The translations under genes and the position numbers were made by a program. This document shows positions 28,873 to 38,578 of a stretch of 64,000 nt of DNA, piece by piece (positions within the stretch are counted from its first letter, which is position 1; every line of letters begins with the position of its first letter). This DNA is from a virus. A model generated the notes under the pieces. The model made no database searches. It was not told the origin of the DNA and worked only from the letters and a program-made list of their open reading frames with translations. The stretch covers positions 15,765 to 79,764 of IMG/VR virus record IMGVR_UViG_3300009103_002187. The stretch is one strand, 5' to 3'.

Positions 28873-29883
28873 CTATGACAAACCCCACCACACTAGTGTC
28901 TTTTCAAGACCTTCCCAGAATCCAATCTTTGGATCGTATCCTAAATCTTCCTTTGCTCTCGTTACATCTGCTTTTGTATGCATCACATCCCCTGGGCGCC
29001 AAGGCGCAGTTCGAACAACTGTGTGTGGGAATCTCTCTAGAAAGAATTCAGCAATCTGATTATTAGAGGTCCTATCGCCACAAGCAATGTTATAACACCT
29101 TCCTTGAAATCCTCCTTCTATATCTGACGTTGCAGCAAGCAAATTCGCATCAATTACATTGTCAATATAACAATGATCTCTTGATTGTGTTCCATCACCA
29201 TCTGATCTCAAAGGCTTCGCTTCCTTTGTATTGTTACACCAGGCAGAAATTACCGTTGAGTAAGGTGAATCTCCATACTGCCCTGGCCCAAAAACATTAA
29301 AATATCGCAAACAGACAATATCAATATTATAAAGCTCACAAAAGATTTTTGATAAATCTTCTACAGCAGATTTTTGCCAAGCATACGGGGACTTGGGGCT
29401 CTTGGGCTGTGTTTCAGGGGTTGGCATTACTTCAGCCCCGCCGTAAATTGACGAAGACGAAGCCCATACAACTCGATCTACATTGTCCCTACAGGCTTCA
29501 AAAAGTCGTGTAGTGGACCAGACATTCACCTCTGTCGTAAAGCCAGGGTTTTCAACTGAAAATGATACACGTGGAACAGCAGCCTGATGAAAGACAACAT
29601 CGTACATCTTTCGCTTGATTCTTGCCAAAACACCTGGATGCGCAAAGTCATCCTGTATTACAAGAACATCCTTGTCAGCACGCGCAGCATCTTCAACTTC
29701 TTCAAAATCAACAAGCATTGTTCCAGCAGCAGGAAGAACCCGAAGCTTTAGACCCTCAAGAAGCTCAAGGTGCCCATTGTACATGTTATCCACAACATCA
29801 ACAGTCCAGCCTTCCTGGACGAGTCTATGAGTAAGGTTGCTTCCAATGAATCCGCAACCTCCCGTTACTAAAGCTCTTTTCAT
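28873..29883 (-). CDS. NAD-dependent nucleotide-sugar epimerase/dehydratase
   Basis: VTGGCGFIGS, SSSSIYG, YAWQK, LRYFNVFGP. Confidence 0.9.
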   Translation of the reverse strand: MKRALVTGGCGFIGSNLTHRLVQEGWTVDVVDNMYNGHLELLEGLKLRVLPAAGTMLVDFEEVEDAARADKDVLVIQDDFAHPGVLARIKRKMYDVVFHQAAVPRVSFSVENPGFTTEVNVWSTTRLFEACRDNVDRVVWASSSSIYGGAEVMPTPETQPKSPKSPYAWQKSAVEDLSKIFCELYNIDIVCLRYFNVFGPGQYGDSPYSTVISAWCNNTKEAKPLRSDGDGTQSRDHCYIDNVIDANLLAATSDIEGGFQGRCYNIACGDRTSNNQIAEFFLERFPHTVVRTAPWRPGDVMHTKADVTRAKEDLGYDPKIGFWEGLEKTLVWWGLS

Positions 29884-29909
29884 AATTTCTCCATAATTTC
29901 GTTTATATT

Positions 29910-30830
29910 TTAATCAAGAATGTGAGCAGAGTTTAAGTTAAATCTCATTCGTACAACATCATTTTCTTGACTTAGTTGAAACTCATCATATACACATTTG
30001 GTTAAATAGTACAGGAACTTTAAATCAGTCTTTAATTTATTTTTTACATCTGTTGATCTTAATACAAAATGCATATCAAGAATGTTATCTCGATAAACAC
30101 CTTGAATAAATGAGATACACGAATCATCTGCGTATACAAACCTTCTAGAAGAAAGATTTTGTATTAGATTATACTCATTCTTTCCTGACCGCTCGTCCCT
30201 AATCTTTTCCAAAAATCTGGTAATAATTTCACGATAATACTCTTTTTCGCCCTGCGTTTCAAGAACACTCTCATCTATCTCTGAAAATGTTCCATCATCA
30301 TAAAATGTAAACGTTATTGGTGTGGCTTCATTTCTAGGGCAGCTATCAGCAAAACGCTGAATAAATCTTGAAATATCAGACAATGATAGCATCTCGAGCT
30401 TATCAAGATAGCTTACAACCTTTTTAGCATTCTCATCTACTTCACCGTCAATTAGACAACACACGTTTGGTTGATACATCAATCGGGTAAATCTCCCATA
30501 AAAAAGTTCATACACTCGACGAAGAGATGTCAAATCTTGAAGCTCATCACCCCTTAGATTAAATCTTTTTTCAATTTCTGAAAAAGACGGCAATAAAAAT
30601 ATCATCCTATTATTTAGATCATACATTTCTTTTTGATGATTTTCTCGATGTCTAAATTGATCACGACCGTAAAGATCAGCATATACCATCATTGACAAAG
30701 ATGATCTATCTTGAATGTTCCATCGAAACTTGGTTAGCTTATGGATTTTGTTATAAAGTGAAGTTTTTCCAGAAAGATCTGGCCCTTCAAGAATTACCGT
30801 TGTAGACGGAAAACGTATCATCGTAAGCAC
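29910..30830 (-). CDS. dNMP kinase fused to a truncated thymidylate-synthase-fold domain
   Basis: EGPDLSGKTS and DRS; C-terminal SRR, C, LRSTD...D, SAHI. Confidence 0.7.
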   Translation of the reverse strand: MLTMIRFPSTTVILEGPDLSGKTSLYNKIHKLTKFRWNIQDRSSLSMMVYADLYGRDQFRHRENHQKEMYDLNNRMIFLLPSFSEIEKRFNLRGDELQDLTSLRRVYELFYGRFTRLMYQPNVCCLIDGEVDENAKKVVSYLDKLEMLSLSDISRFIQRFADSCPRNEATPITFTFYDDGTFSEIDESVLETQGEKEYYREIITRFLEKIRDERSGKNEYNLIQNLSSRRFVYADDSCISFIQGVYRDNILDMHFVLRSTDVKNKLKTDLKFLYYLTKCVYDEFQLSQENDVVRMRFNLNSAHILD

Positions 30831-30843
30831 ACCCTCAAGATTA

Positions 30844-30871
30844 ATAGTACTTACAAAATTTCAAATGTTCA
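30844..30871 (-). promoter_or_regulatory. putative promoter TGAACA-N16-TACTAT
   Basis: matches the recurring TG(A/T)A(A/C)A-N16-TAnnAT pattern. Confidence 0.55.
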
Positions 30872-30877
30872 GTGTTT

Positions 30878-31804
30878 TTATAGACCAGCGATCTTAGACC
30901 AATATTCAGCCAGGCCTGGAGGATCACATGATTGATAATCATCAGCTTTTCCATCTCCTTCGGGTTCAACAACAAAAGTCTCAATTGAAAGATGTGGAAA
31001 TCTCTCACCACACATATCCATAATCCTATTTAAATTTTTTGTCTGATCATCATAAAAATACAGTTTTTCTGGGTTGTATTTTTTAACAAGCCCTGATATT
31101 ACGATTAGCTTATCCTCGGGTTGACCTCCACGAATTACTTCACCCTCAGGACCGTATTTATCATCTCCCGTTGTATAAATGTCTGTTGGATCAATTCTAA
31201 CTCCCGCGCTGGTTAAAATATCATGAATCTGATCTCTATTTTTTCCACTAATCGGCTTTCCTTTTCTGTCCCTAAAGGCAGACGATGTTGTAGCCCTTGC
31301 TGTGACAACAGCAACCTCAGTGTCTGGTCGATGTGAAACATCCTTTAAAATGCTGAGAACATTATTGAGGGGATCGTGGTTTAAGATATAATAAGCTTGA
31401 GAATAGTCTCTGGTGTCTTTTTTTCTAAACTCATGTCCGTACTGATCAACTGTTACCTTCTCATATACACCAAACGCAAAAGAATCTAAAAAGACAGGAT
31501 CATCGGGTGTTCCAGCACCGCCAGATTCTTCATCCCATTCAATGTTATTTGCATGAAGAAATTCTTTAAATGATCTGTTAGGGCCTCCAACTGCAACCTC
31601 AGCACCGTCAGATCTTCCCACACCCACAAGAGTATCAGTTACAGCTAGCGTGTCGTCAAAATCAAAAATATAAATTGCTTTAATTCCGTAAATCTCTGGG
31701 CCGTAATGAGAAGGAGTTTCTAAAGCCTCTTCTTCAGGCTGTTCCTTAATCATTCTTAGCTCTTCCAAGATTAAAGATCTTAATTTATCGTGAGTAATCT
31801 TCAT
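30878..31804 (-). CDS. HAD-family phosphatase with both tags
   Basis: FDFDDTL, VTAR, K, FYDD; MKITHDKLRSLILEE; EYWSKIAGL. Confidence 0.75.
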   Translation of the reverse strand: MKITHDKLRSLILEELRMIKEQPEEEALETPSHYGPEIYGIKAIYIFDFDDTLAVTDTLVGVGRSDGAEVAVGGPNRSFKEFLHANNIEWDEESGGAGTPDDPVFLDSFAFGVYEKVTVDQYGHEFRKKDTRDYSQAYYILNHDPLNNVLSILKDVSHRPDTEVAVVTARATTSSAFRDRKGKPISGKNRDQIHDILTSAGVRIDPTDIYTTGDDKYGPEGEVIRGGQPEDKLIVISGLVKKYNPEKLYFYDDQTKNLNRIMDMCGERFPHLSIETFVVEPEGDGKADDYQSCDPPGLAEYWSKIAGL

Positions 31805-31841
31805 AGTGTCCTCACAGTAAATATGTCGAACGATGACCTGT

Positions 31842-34800
31842 TTACACAACAACAGGCTTCATTTTTGCACCTGATGAAGAGGCACCCCAGTTCGGATCAT
31901 TCGCAGCATCAATCATCCAAAGTGTATATAACGTCGCATCTCTAGGAAGAAAGCCCCAGACACGAAGCCAGGTTGAATTATTATCACTGTCAATCATTTT
32001 AAGTCGATAGAATTTCTTACCCTTCTTAGTTCTCTTCTCAACAATTTCTTGAATACAGCCCCAGACAATTCCTCTCTGACTACCTGACAATGTGGTGATT
32101 GGTGGAATGTCAGCTTTTTCAAGCTTTTCCAAAACATTATCAGGATAAATCAGATCTCTTGGTACTGTAGACGTGATATCTTGATAGTTGTTTACCTTTT
32201 CAGCCCTAGACCAGTCAATTGTGCCAGAAGATAGTTCAATTAACTGAGGAATAATCGGAGATGCTCCCATCTTCTTTGCTTTTCTCATCGTCATTCCAAA
32301 CTTACTTTTTCGAAGATTGTCATAATTTTCAAGAATAATTTCATAAATTTGCTTATGATTTTCAATCAATCCCGATGACATTTCTTCTAAAGATCCAAAT
32401 GCTTCAATCTTGCAAAGTGACTCAAAACATCGCTTGTTCATCTTAGAATGTTTCCACACACCGTCGCTGTCATACAAGAGATTATCAAGATTTTTATATG
32501 GTCGCATCTTCATAATTTCACTAACAGCGGTGTCACCGACACCCTTTACTGCGGTCAGAGGGGGAACAAACGCTTCAATTTCATCAGAATACTCCCATGA
32601 AATGCCCGAATAATTGATATCGGCTGGCGCAAGTTTATATCCCATTTGCTTAATTTCACCAATTGTCTTAGACAATCCCTTCGGATTATTATTTTCAGAT
32701 TGAAGAATTGTTGCCAACCACTCCTTTTCATAATGTGTGTGAAGCCAAGCTGCATAATACGAATCAATTGCGTAAGCAACAGCGTGTGATTTATTAAAGC
32801 CATACACAGAAAAGAATTCAATTCGATCAAATAGGCTGTGCAGCTTATCTTCAGGCAAGCTGTGAAGCTTCTTAGCACCTTCGACAAATTTCTCTCTTAG
32901 GGCATCTCGCTCTGCACCTTTCTTCCCAATGGTATCCAGCGATTTTTTAACAAGCGTCTTGCGCATCTTGTCAGACTCACCGGGAGTAAATCCAGCAAGC
33001 TTTTGTGCCAGAAGCATAAACTGTTCCTGAAAAGTGATATGACCGAATGTCGGGCCCAAAATTTCTTCAATGATTGGATGATCATACTTGATCTGATCGG
33101 CTCTTCGCTTATCATTCACATACTTCTTGTGAACATTCGCTCGAAGAGGCCCTGGACGATAAATCGCAGTCAAAGCAGCAAGCTCTTCAATAGAAGACGG
33201 CTTAGCATCTTCACAGAATCTTCTTGCTCCTTCTGCAGTAAATTGAAATACTCCCGTCTTTCTTCGCTGGTGATAGACATGCTCCCATACTTTACTATCG
33301 TCTAGAGTATTATAGCGACAATTGATATTATCATCAAAAAATGTTTTTATTTCTTGAAATGCTGGATTTTCATTTCCCTGCTTCTTTAAAATCCTGCCAA
33401 TACAATTTTCCACATCTTTTAGCAGGGTCAGACCGAGAAAATCAAACTTAATAAATCCATTATCTTCTAGATTTCTAAAGTTCATGCCTTCAGTCCACGG
33501 TGTCTGAAGTTCACCTCTGACGCCCACTAGCGGCATTGACTTTTCAAGGTCTTCAGCAGGCGCAATAATTACTCCTCCAGCATGTCTACCAATACTTCTA
33601 TTCTGCATGAATAGAGACTCAATGTGATCCTTGACCTTTGGATATTTTTCCATAAACTCACGATAACGCTTAGAGTGAGTCATGCAATCCTCGTGTTTCA
33701 AAACAAAAACAGACTTTTCAGTATTTTCATCTTTGACCTGGGGCATTACCTCAAACTGCAGGGGACCAGTAACAGCATTTACCTCATCAAAAGGAACATC
33801 ATAAAATTTAGAAATATCTTTGACAAGTGACTTTAGCTTTAACGTGTTGAAATTTGAAACAGGAATTACAGCATCATCACCGTAAAGTTCTCGAGCTGCA
33901 TCAATTAGAGCATCTCGATCCCCAGCATCAGAATCAATATCGGGCCAGCTAGTTCGATGCCGTCCCAAAAACCGATCCCATAGAAGACCGTATGGAAGTG
34001 GATCGAGCTGTGTAATTCCCAAAAGATAATTTACAATACTTCCTCCACCAGATCCTCGAGCAGGCCCAAAAAGAGTTCGATCTTCCGCTTTGTGAAAAAC
34101 CTGATACATCGTTAGGAAATAATTTTCAAATCCCAAATATTTGATATCAGCAAGTTCAGTCTTGGCCCTAGATACATACTCATCATTATCAACCAAGTCC
34201 TCCTTAACTAGCCCTTCCTTGACGAGATCTAAGAGCTGTTGAAAAGCAGTTTTCTTTGGAGTGTTGAAATTTGGAAGCTTTACCGATTGATCAATCCAGG
34301 TATCTTCGCACATCTCCCAAGCAATATCATGGGTCCGCTCAATTGCGTCACGAACTCTTTCTTGCGTCCCATTGTAAAAGTCATGCTTATCATAATGAAG
34401 CATATACTCATCCCACATCTGAGAAGCATTTTTAGGATATAATTCACATTTTAGATCATCGAATTCGGGCAACGGAGAAACTGACTTTCCCATCCATCCT
34501 AGCTTCTTATAAAGCTCACGAGCTTCCCATTTATTTGGGCCGTAATAGTGAGAATCAGCAGTTGCGATTAGAGGAATTCCAGTTGTTTCTGAAAGAGAAA
34601 GCAAGTGCTTGTTGACAGAGTGCTGTGCATTAAGCTTATTGAATTGAAGCTCAAGAAAGAAATTTTCAACCCCTACAGCGTCAACAAAACGGTCTGTTAT
34701 ATTTGACAAAGTCAATTGGATCTCCTCAAAAGAGGCACCTGATGCCTCGCCCCGAAGAACTCTATTTGACATGATCCCACCTAAGCACGCGGTAGAAACA

Positions 34801-35381
34801 ATCAATCCTTCACCGTGCTGCTTAAGCATCTCAAAGTCAATTCGAGGAAACCGATAAAACCCATGTTTATAGGACTTCTTAATTAGAGTAAAAAGGTTGC
34901 CTAACCCCGTCCGATTCTTAGCAACTACAACAAGATGATATCTTCGCTTCCAGTCATCTTTGTCCACGTCAATAGTCTTAGTTTCTTCCTCATTTTCAAT
35001 AGTATGGCCAGCTGCAACTACGTCTTCATCAGCATCAATATCTGTCTTCTCTTTGGCTTTCTTTTCAGACCTTGCAGCTTTTACTGCCTCCCGATGATTA
35101 TTGTAATCAATCCTCCACTGACTAAGAGATGGAACAAAATAAAATTCACACCCATAAATCTGCCGATATTTCTGGCCTGATTCCTGAACTTTCTTGGCAT
35201 GCTTATACGCATGTGCCAGTCCAGATCCATTCCCATGATCAGTTAGCGCCAACGCATCCATTTCGTTTGAAAGAACGAAATCAATGTGATCAGCGGGATA
35301 TCCCAAGCCATCAAAAACTGAAAAACCTGAATGTGCGTGCAACCCGACAAAGCGCCGAGGTGGCTTGATAATCTTACTCAT
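31842..35381 (-). CDS. dnaE: DNA polymerase III alpha subunit
   Basis: PHP domain (LHAHS, LTDHG), RGSGGGS, PDIDSD, KFDFLGL, YGFNKSH. Confidence 0.95.
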   Translation of the reverse strand: MSKIIKPPRRFVGLHAHSGFSVFDGLGYPADHIDFVLSNEMDALALTDHGNGSGLAHAYKHAKKVQESGQKYRQIYGCEFYFVPSLSQWRIDYNNHREAVKAARSEKKAKEKTDIDADEDVVAAGHTIENEEETKTIDVDKDDWKRRYHLVVVAKNRTGLGNLFTLIKKSYKHGFYRFPRIDFEMLKQHGEGLIVSTACLGGIMSNRVLRGEASGASFEEIQLTLSNITDRFVDAVGVENFFLELQFNKLNAQHSVNKHLLSLSETTGIPLIATADSHYYGPNKWEARELYKKLGWMGKSVSPLPEFDDLKCELYPKNASQMWDEYMLHYDKHDFYNGTQERVRDAIERTHDIAWEMCEDTWIDQSVKLPNFNTPKKTAFQQLLDLVKEGLVKEDLVDNDEYVSRAKTELADIKYLGFENYFLTMYQVFHKAEDRTLFGPARGSGGGSIVNYLLGITQLDPLPYGLLWDRFLGRHRTSWPDIDSDAGDRDALIDAARELYGDDAVIPVSNFNTLKLKSLVKDISKFYDVPFDEVNAVTGPLQFEVMPQVKDENTEKSVFVLKHEDCMTHSKRYREFMEKYPKVKDHIESLFMQNRSIGRHAGGVIIAPAEDLEKSMPLVGVRGELQTPWTEGMNFRNLEDNGFIKFDFLGLTLLKDVENCIGRILKKQGNENPAFQEIKTFFDDNINCRYNTLDDSKVWEHVYHQRRKTGVFQFTAEGARRFCEDAKPSSIEELAALTAIYRPGPLRANVHKKYVNDKRRADQIKYDHPIIEEILGPTFGHITFQEQFMLLAQKLAGFTPGESDKMRKTLVKKSLDTIGKKGAERDALREKFVEGAKKLHSLPEDKLHSLFDRIEFFSVYGFNKSHAVAYAIDSYYAAWLHTHYEKEWLATILQSENNNPKGLSKTIGEIKQMGYKLAPADINYSGISWEYSDEIEAFVPPLTAVKGVGDTAVSEIMKMRPYKNLDNLLYDSDGVWKHSKMNKRCFESLCKIEAFGSLEEMSSGLIENHKQIYEIILENYDNLRKSKFGMTMRKAKKMGASPIIPQLIELSSGTIDWSRAEKVNNYQDITSTVPRDLIYPDNVLEKLEKADIPPITTLSGSQRGIVWGCIQEIVEKRTKKGKKFYRLKMIDSDNNSTWLRVWGFLPRDATLYTLWMIDAANDPNWGASSSGAKMKPVVV

Positions 35382-35405
35382 TGCTCACCTTAAATAGACA
35401 TCTCT

Positions 35406-35433
35406 ATTATACACTAACAGACTGAGATTTACA
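35406..35433 (-). promoter_or_regulatory. putative promoter TGTAAA-N16-TATAAT for dnaE
   Basis: exact recurring motif. Confidence 0.65.
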
Positions 35434-35441
35434 CGAGATTT

Positions 35442-35723
35442 TTAAGCATCGCCGAACAAAACAAATACTCTATCAAAAAAAGTTATCTCAAAACCAGGCG
35501 GGAAAAACATTTCTTTTCCTGACTCGGTGATAACTGACAATGGAGATTCTAGCGTCACGGTTTCTGAGTGGGGTTGAGGAAAAATGTCATAAATATAAAC
35601 TTCATTTCCATGTGCATTCTCAAGTCGCTGGAGCAGCTCATCAACGTGCACCTCGTACGTAAAATAAAATGTTAGTCTACTTTTCTCATTCTCAGCGATA
35701 TATCGATAAATGTCCATCTTCAC
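35442..35723 (-). CDS. hypothetical protein
   Basis: 93-aa ORF overlapping the upstream stop. Confidence 0.55.
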   Translation of the reverse strand: MKMDIYRYIAENEKSRLTFYFTYEVHVDELLQRLENAHGNEVYIYDIFPQPHSETVTLESPLSVITESGKEMFFPPGFEITFFDRVFVLFGDA

Positions 35724-38578
35724 CCATCCGGGGCTTCGGCCTCCTTGTCTTCCTCTTTCTTCTTCACATCAACTGCGCCTAGCGCGTCAAGACGATCATC
35801 CAGTCGATTAAGCCACTTATCAACAATTCTTGACATGACCGGGCCCAGTTCTTCTGCATTAAAGCCTCTTGATGTAGCTTTTTTGAACACAGATATCACA
35901 TCGTTTCTGAGTAGACTATTGTAATCCACTTCGTAGCCCTCCAGCTCCATCTCCCTGCCGCGGCCGAGGATACCTGCAACGTGTGCGCGTGTCTCAGCGT
36001 CAGACGTGTAATAACGCTCAATGTGATCGAGGCTTAGCCACTTATCTTCGCCCTCAGGAATATCTGCAGTCAACATCTCTGTTGTGTCACAGCTATGTTG
36101 AAGCTCATGTGATAGTGCATCGGCTAAATCAAATCTAAGCCACTTCTCAAACTCTTTATATCCTGCAGGGTCAGAATACATTCGTGGTATATTCATGTCT
36201 ATGACTAAATCAGATTCTGATCGATTAGAAGGAACGCATCTGTAATACGCTTTAACTTGTCCAGAGTCTTTGTTGTTGACTGAAATTATCATTCTCACCT
36301 TATTAATATTCTCATAGTCGCCAAAAATCTTTCCCTCGCTATCTAAAATGGACGGCCATTCTTCGTCAGGATTCATAGATTTCACTTCTTCTTTGACTCT
36401 GTCGCTTCTTAACGCGCCTAAGATTATCGAAAGAAGGATGTCAACATACTGAGTCATATCAGGCTCTTCTTCAACAGACTCAAGTAAAATATCAATCAAT
36501 TGAATTCTAGACTCTCCTATTAGCTGAGCATATGCTTCACTCTCAGCATCCTCTAAAGCAGCTCCTAAAGATGGTCCCTTAATTCCCTGAGACATTAATT
36601 CTCTAGCATCTGCAGCTGGAGGTGAGACCACAAACGTTAAAAATCCTGACAAGATGTTTGGTGATATGTTGGCTTCTCTTGTAAACTCCTTCATAAAGGA
36701 TCGACTCAAATCCAGGCGATTAAATAACTTCTTTAGTTTTGGTGCAGTTTCTTTCGTAATATCCTTAAAACTCATTAAGAACATTATCGATCCGATATCT
36801 TGATTAGTATAACGCATCTTTTTCAAAGAAGACTGAACTGTGGGTAAATCACTTGTAGAAGAAGCCAATAAAGCGATCTGTATGCTAGAATCACTTGAAT
36901 CCCCTACTTTTGTGATATCTAAAGGTATCGCAGGCAAGACTTGAGATAATAATCCTAGATCATTCAAGCCAACGATATACTCTTTTGGATTTATCGCGGT
37001 CTTTAGTCCTTTCTTAAACTCTTCTGTAATTCGCTCGTTGCCCTTAATAGCACCCTCACCCTGGAGAAGCCCATCATCATCTTTAATCGCTTGAGAAACA
37101 TCACTTGAAAGATCAAATCCCATTCTTGCAGCAAATCGAACTGCTCTAAGCATCCTCAGCTTATCTTCAGCAAATCGATCTTGAGCGCTGCCTCCTGCTG
37201 CACGAACTACGCCATTCCTGATATCTTCCAAGCCTCCTACATAATCTACCACCTCGCTTGTATCTAAATCATAAAAGAGGGCGTTGATAGTTAAATCTCT
37301 TCGGAGAACATCTTTGTCAATAGTTGTAAACGACACACCTGTCGGGCGCCTGCCAGATCCCAGATCCTCCCGAAATGTCGCAATCTCATACTCATTATCT
37401 CCCGGCGTCTTTACTCTCACAACTCCGAATGCCTTGCCCGTTAGATCCAATCTTAGGCGTCCATGCCTACTAAGAATATCTATTGTCTGATCTGGGGTGG
37501 CATCTGATACTAGGTCATAATCTTTGGGTGTTTTTCCTACCAGTGTATCCCGAACAGCGCCACCAACCACATATAGCTGTTTCCCAGAACCCTTCATACG
37601 TTTGTGAATATCTCGCAAGTCGTCAGGAATCTTCAGATCAAGCTTCTGTCTAATTGGGTTATGGGTCAATTCTTCACGAATTGCTGCCCTTATCGAAGAC
37701 TCATTCATGTGTTTTTTCAATAGTGCTAAAAGCTCTTTATCTTTTCTATCCAGCGCAGGTGATATCCCAGGAACTACAATTCCCCTAATATCTCTGGGAC
37801 CTCTTTCAACTCTCTGTGGTTCAGGCTCAGTCTTTGCCATAATAGCTGCAACAGCCTTTCGTCGTTCCTCGGGTTTAAGAAGCTTGATCACATCCTCTGG
37901 GTGATTTGTGGCCCGCAAACCACTCAAATTAAATCTTTCTTGTTGTGCTTTCCACGCTGCCATTTCTTCATCATTCAGCCAGCTGGGCGATCGGGGCGTT
38001 CCTCTTCTATTAACTGTAGCTGCAGTGTCACTATAACTGCTCTCATACTCTTCGAATACTTCATCTACATCTTTGCTCTTGCCAAGAAATTCTATCTCAT
38101 TGCCAGCCTCATTCCATATTTCTTCAGATATCAGGATCTCAGAACCATGATCGTAGCGATGGACGCCCCCCGCTTTTTTAATTACCCACTCTGGAACTTT
38201 AAGCGCGTAAACGTGCCCAATTCTTCCGTGGAATGATGAAATGGCACGCCAATTGGGCGTCAAAAACACACCAGATTCAATTGGTTTGTCCAGCCAGTAC
38301 CGTTGCCATGAATCATCAGCTCCAGTCCGGACATACTCTCCCGTTCTCTCACCGGTATGTCTATCCACAGCCTGCGCATCCCACTCTTCAATCCACTTCA
38401 TTTTAGGAACAGGTCTCGGTGGTCGTGGGCCGATGTGATAAAGAACTCGCTTGTTTTTCTGGCTGCGAATTGCCTTCTCAGTCAATTGAAGATCCGCTAG
38501 AACATCAAGAATATCATTAGAAACAGGCTCTCTCTTTTTCTGCAAACTTGTAAATATTTGACGATTCTCTGGTTTCAT
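35720..38578 (-). CDS. polyprotein-like fusion: ART-like domain + CCA-adding/poly(A) polymerase + HExxH domain
   Basis: LYH..GVFLTP..SEILI; VGGAVRD, DYD, RRDLTINAL, EDKLRMLRAVRF; SHELQH. Confidence 0.8.
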   Translation of the reverse strand: MKPENRQIFTSLQKKREPVSNDILDVLADLQLTEKAIRSQKNKRVLYHIGPRPPRPVPKMKWIEEWDAQAVDRHTGERTGEYVRTGADDSWQRYWLDKPIESGVFLTPNWRAISSFHGRIGHVYALKVPEWVIKKAGGVHRYDHGSEILISEEIWNEAGNEIEFLGKSKDVDEVFEEYESSYSDTAATVNRRGTPRSPSWLNDEEMAAWKAQQERFNLSGLRATNHPEDVIKLLKPEERRKAVAAIMAKTEPEPQRVERGPRDIRGIVVPGISPALDRKDKELLALLKKHMNESSIRAAIREELTHNPIRQKLDLKIPDDLRDIHKRMKGSGKQLYVVGGAVRDTLVGKTPKDYDLVSDATPDQTIDILSRHGRLRLDLTGKAFGVVRVKTPGDNEYEIATFREDLGSGRRPTGVSFTTIDKDVLRRDLTINALFYDLDTSEVVDYVGGLEDIRNGVVRAAGGSAQDRFAEDKLRMLRAVRFAARMGFDLSSDVSQAIKDDDGLLQGEGAIKGNERITEEFKKGLKTAINPKEYIVGLNDLGLLSQVLPAIPLDITKVGDSSDSSIQIALLASSTSDLPTVQSSLKKMRYTNQDIGSIMFLMSFKDITKETAPKLKKLFNRLDLSRSFMKEFTREANISPNILSGFLTFVVSPPAADARELMSQGIKGPSLGAALEDAESEAYAQLIGESRIQLIDILLESVEEEPDMTQYVDILLSIILGALRSDRVKEEVKSMNPDEEWPSILDSEGKIFGDYENINKVRMIISVNNKDSGQVKAYYRCVPSNRSESDLVIDMNIPRMYSDPAGYKEFEKWLRFDLADALSHELQHSCDTTEMLTADIPEGEDKWLSLDHIERYYTSDAETRAHVAGILGRGREMELEGYEVDYNSLLRNDVISVFKKATSRGFNAEELGPVMSRIVDKWLNRLDDRLDALGAVDVKKKEEDKEAEAPDG

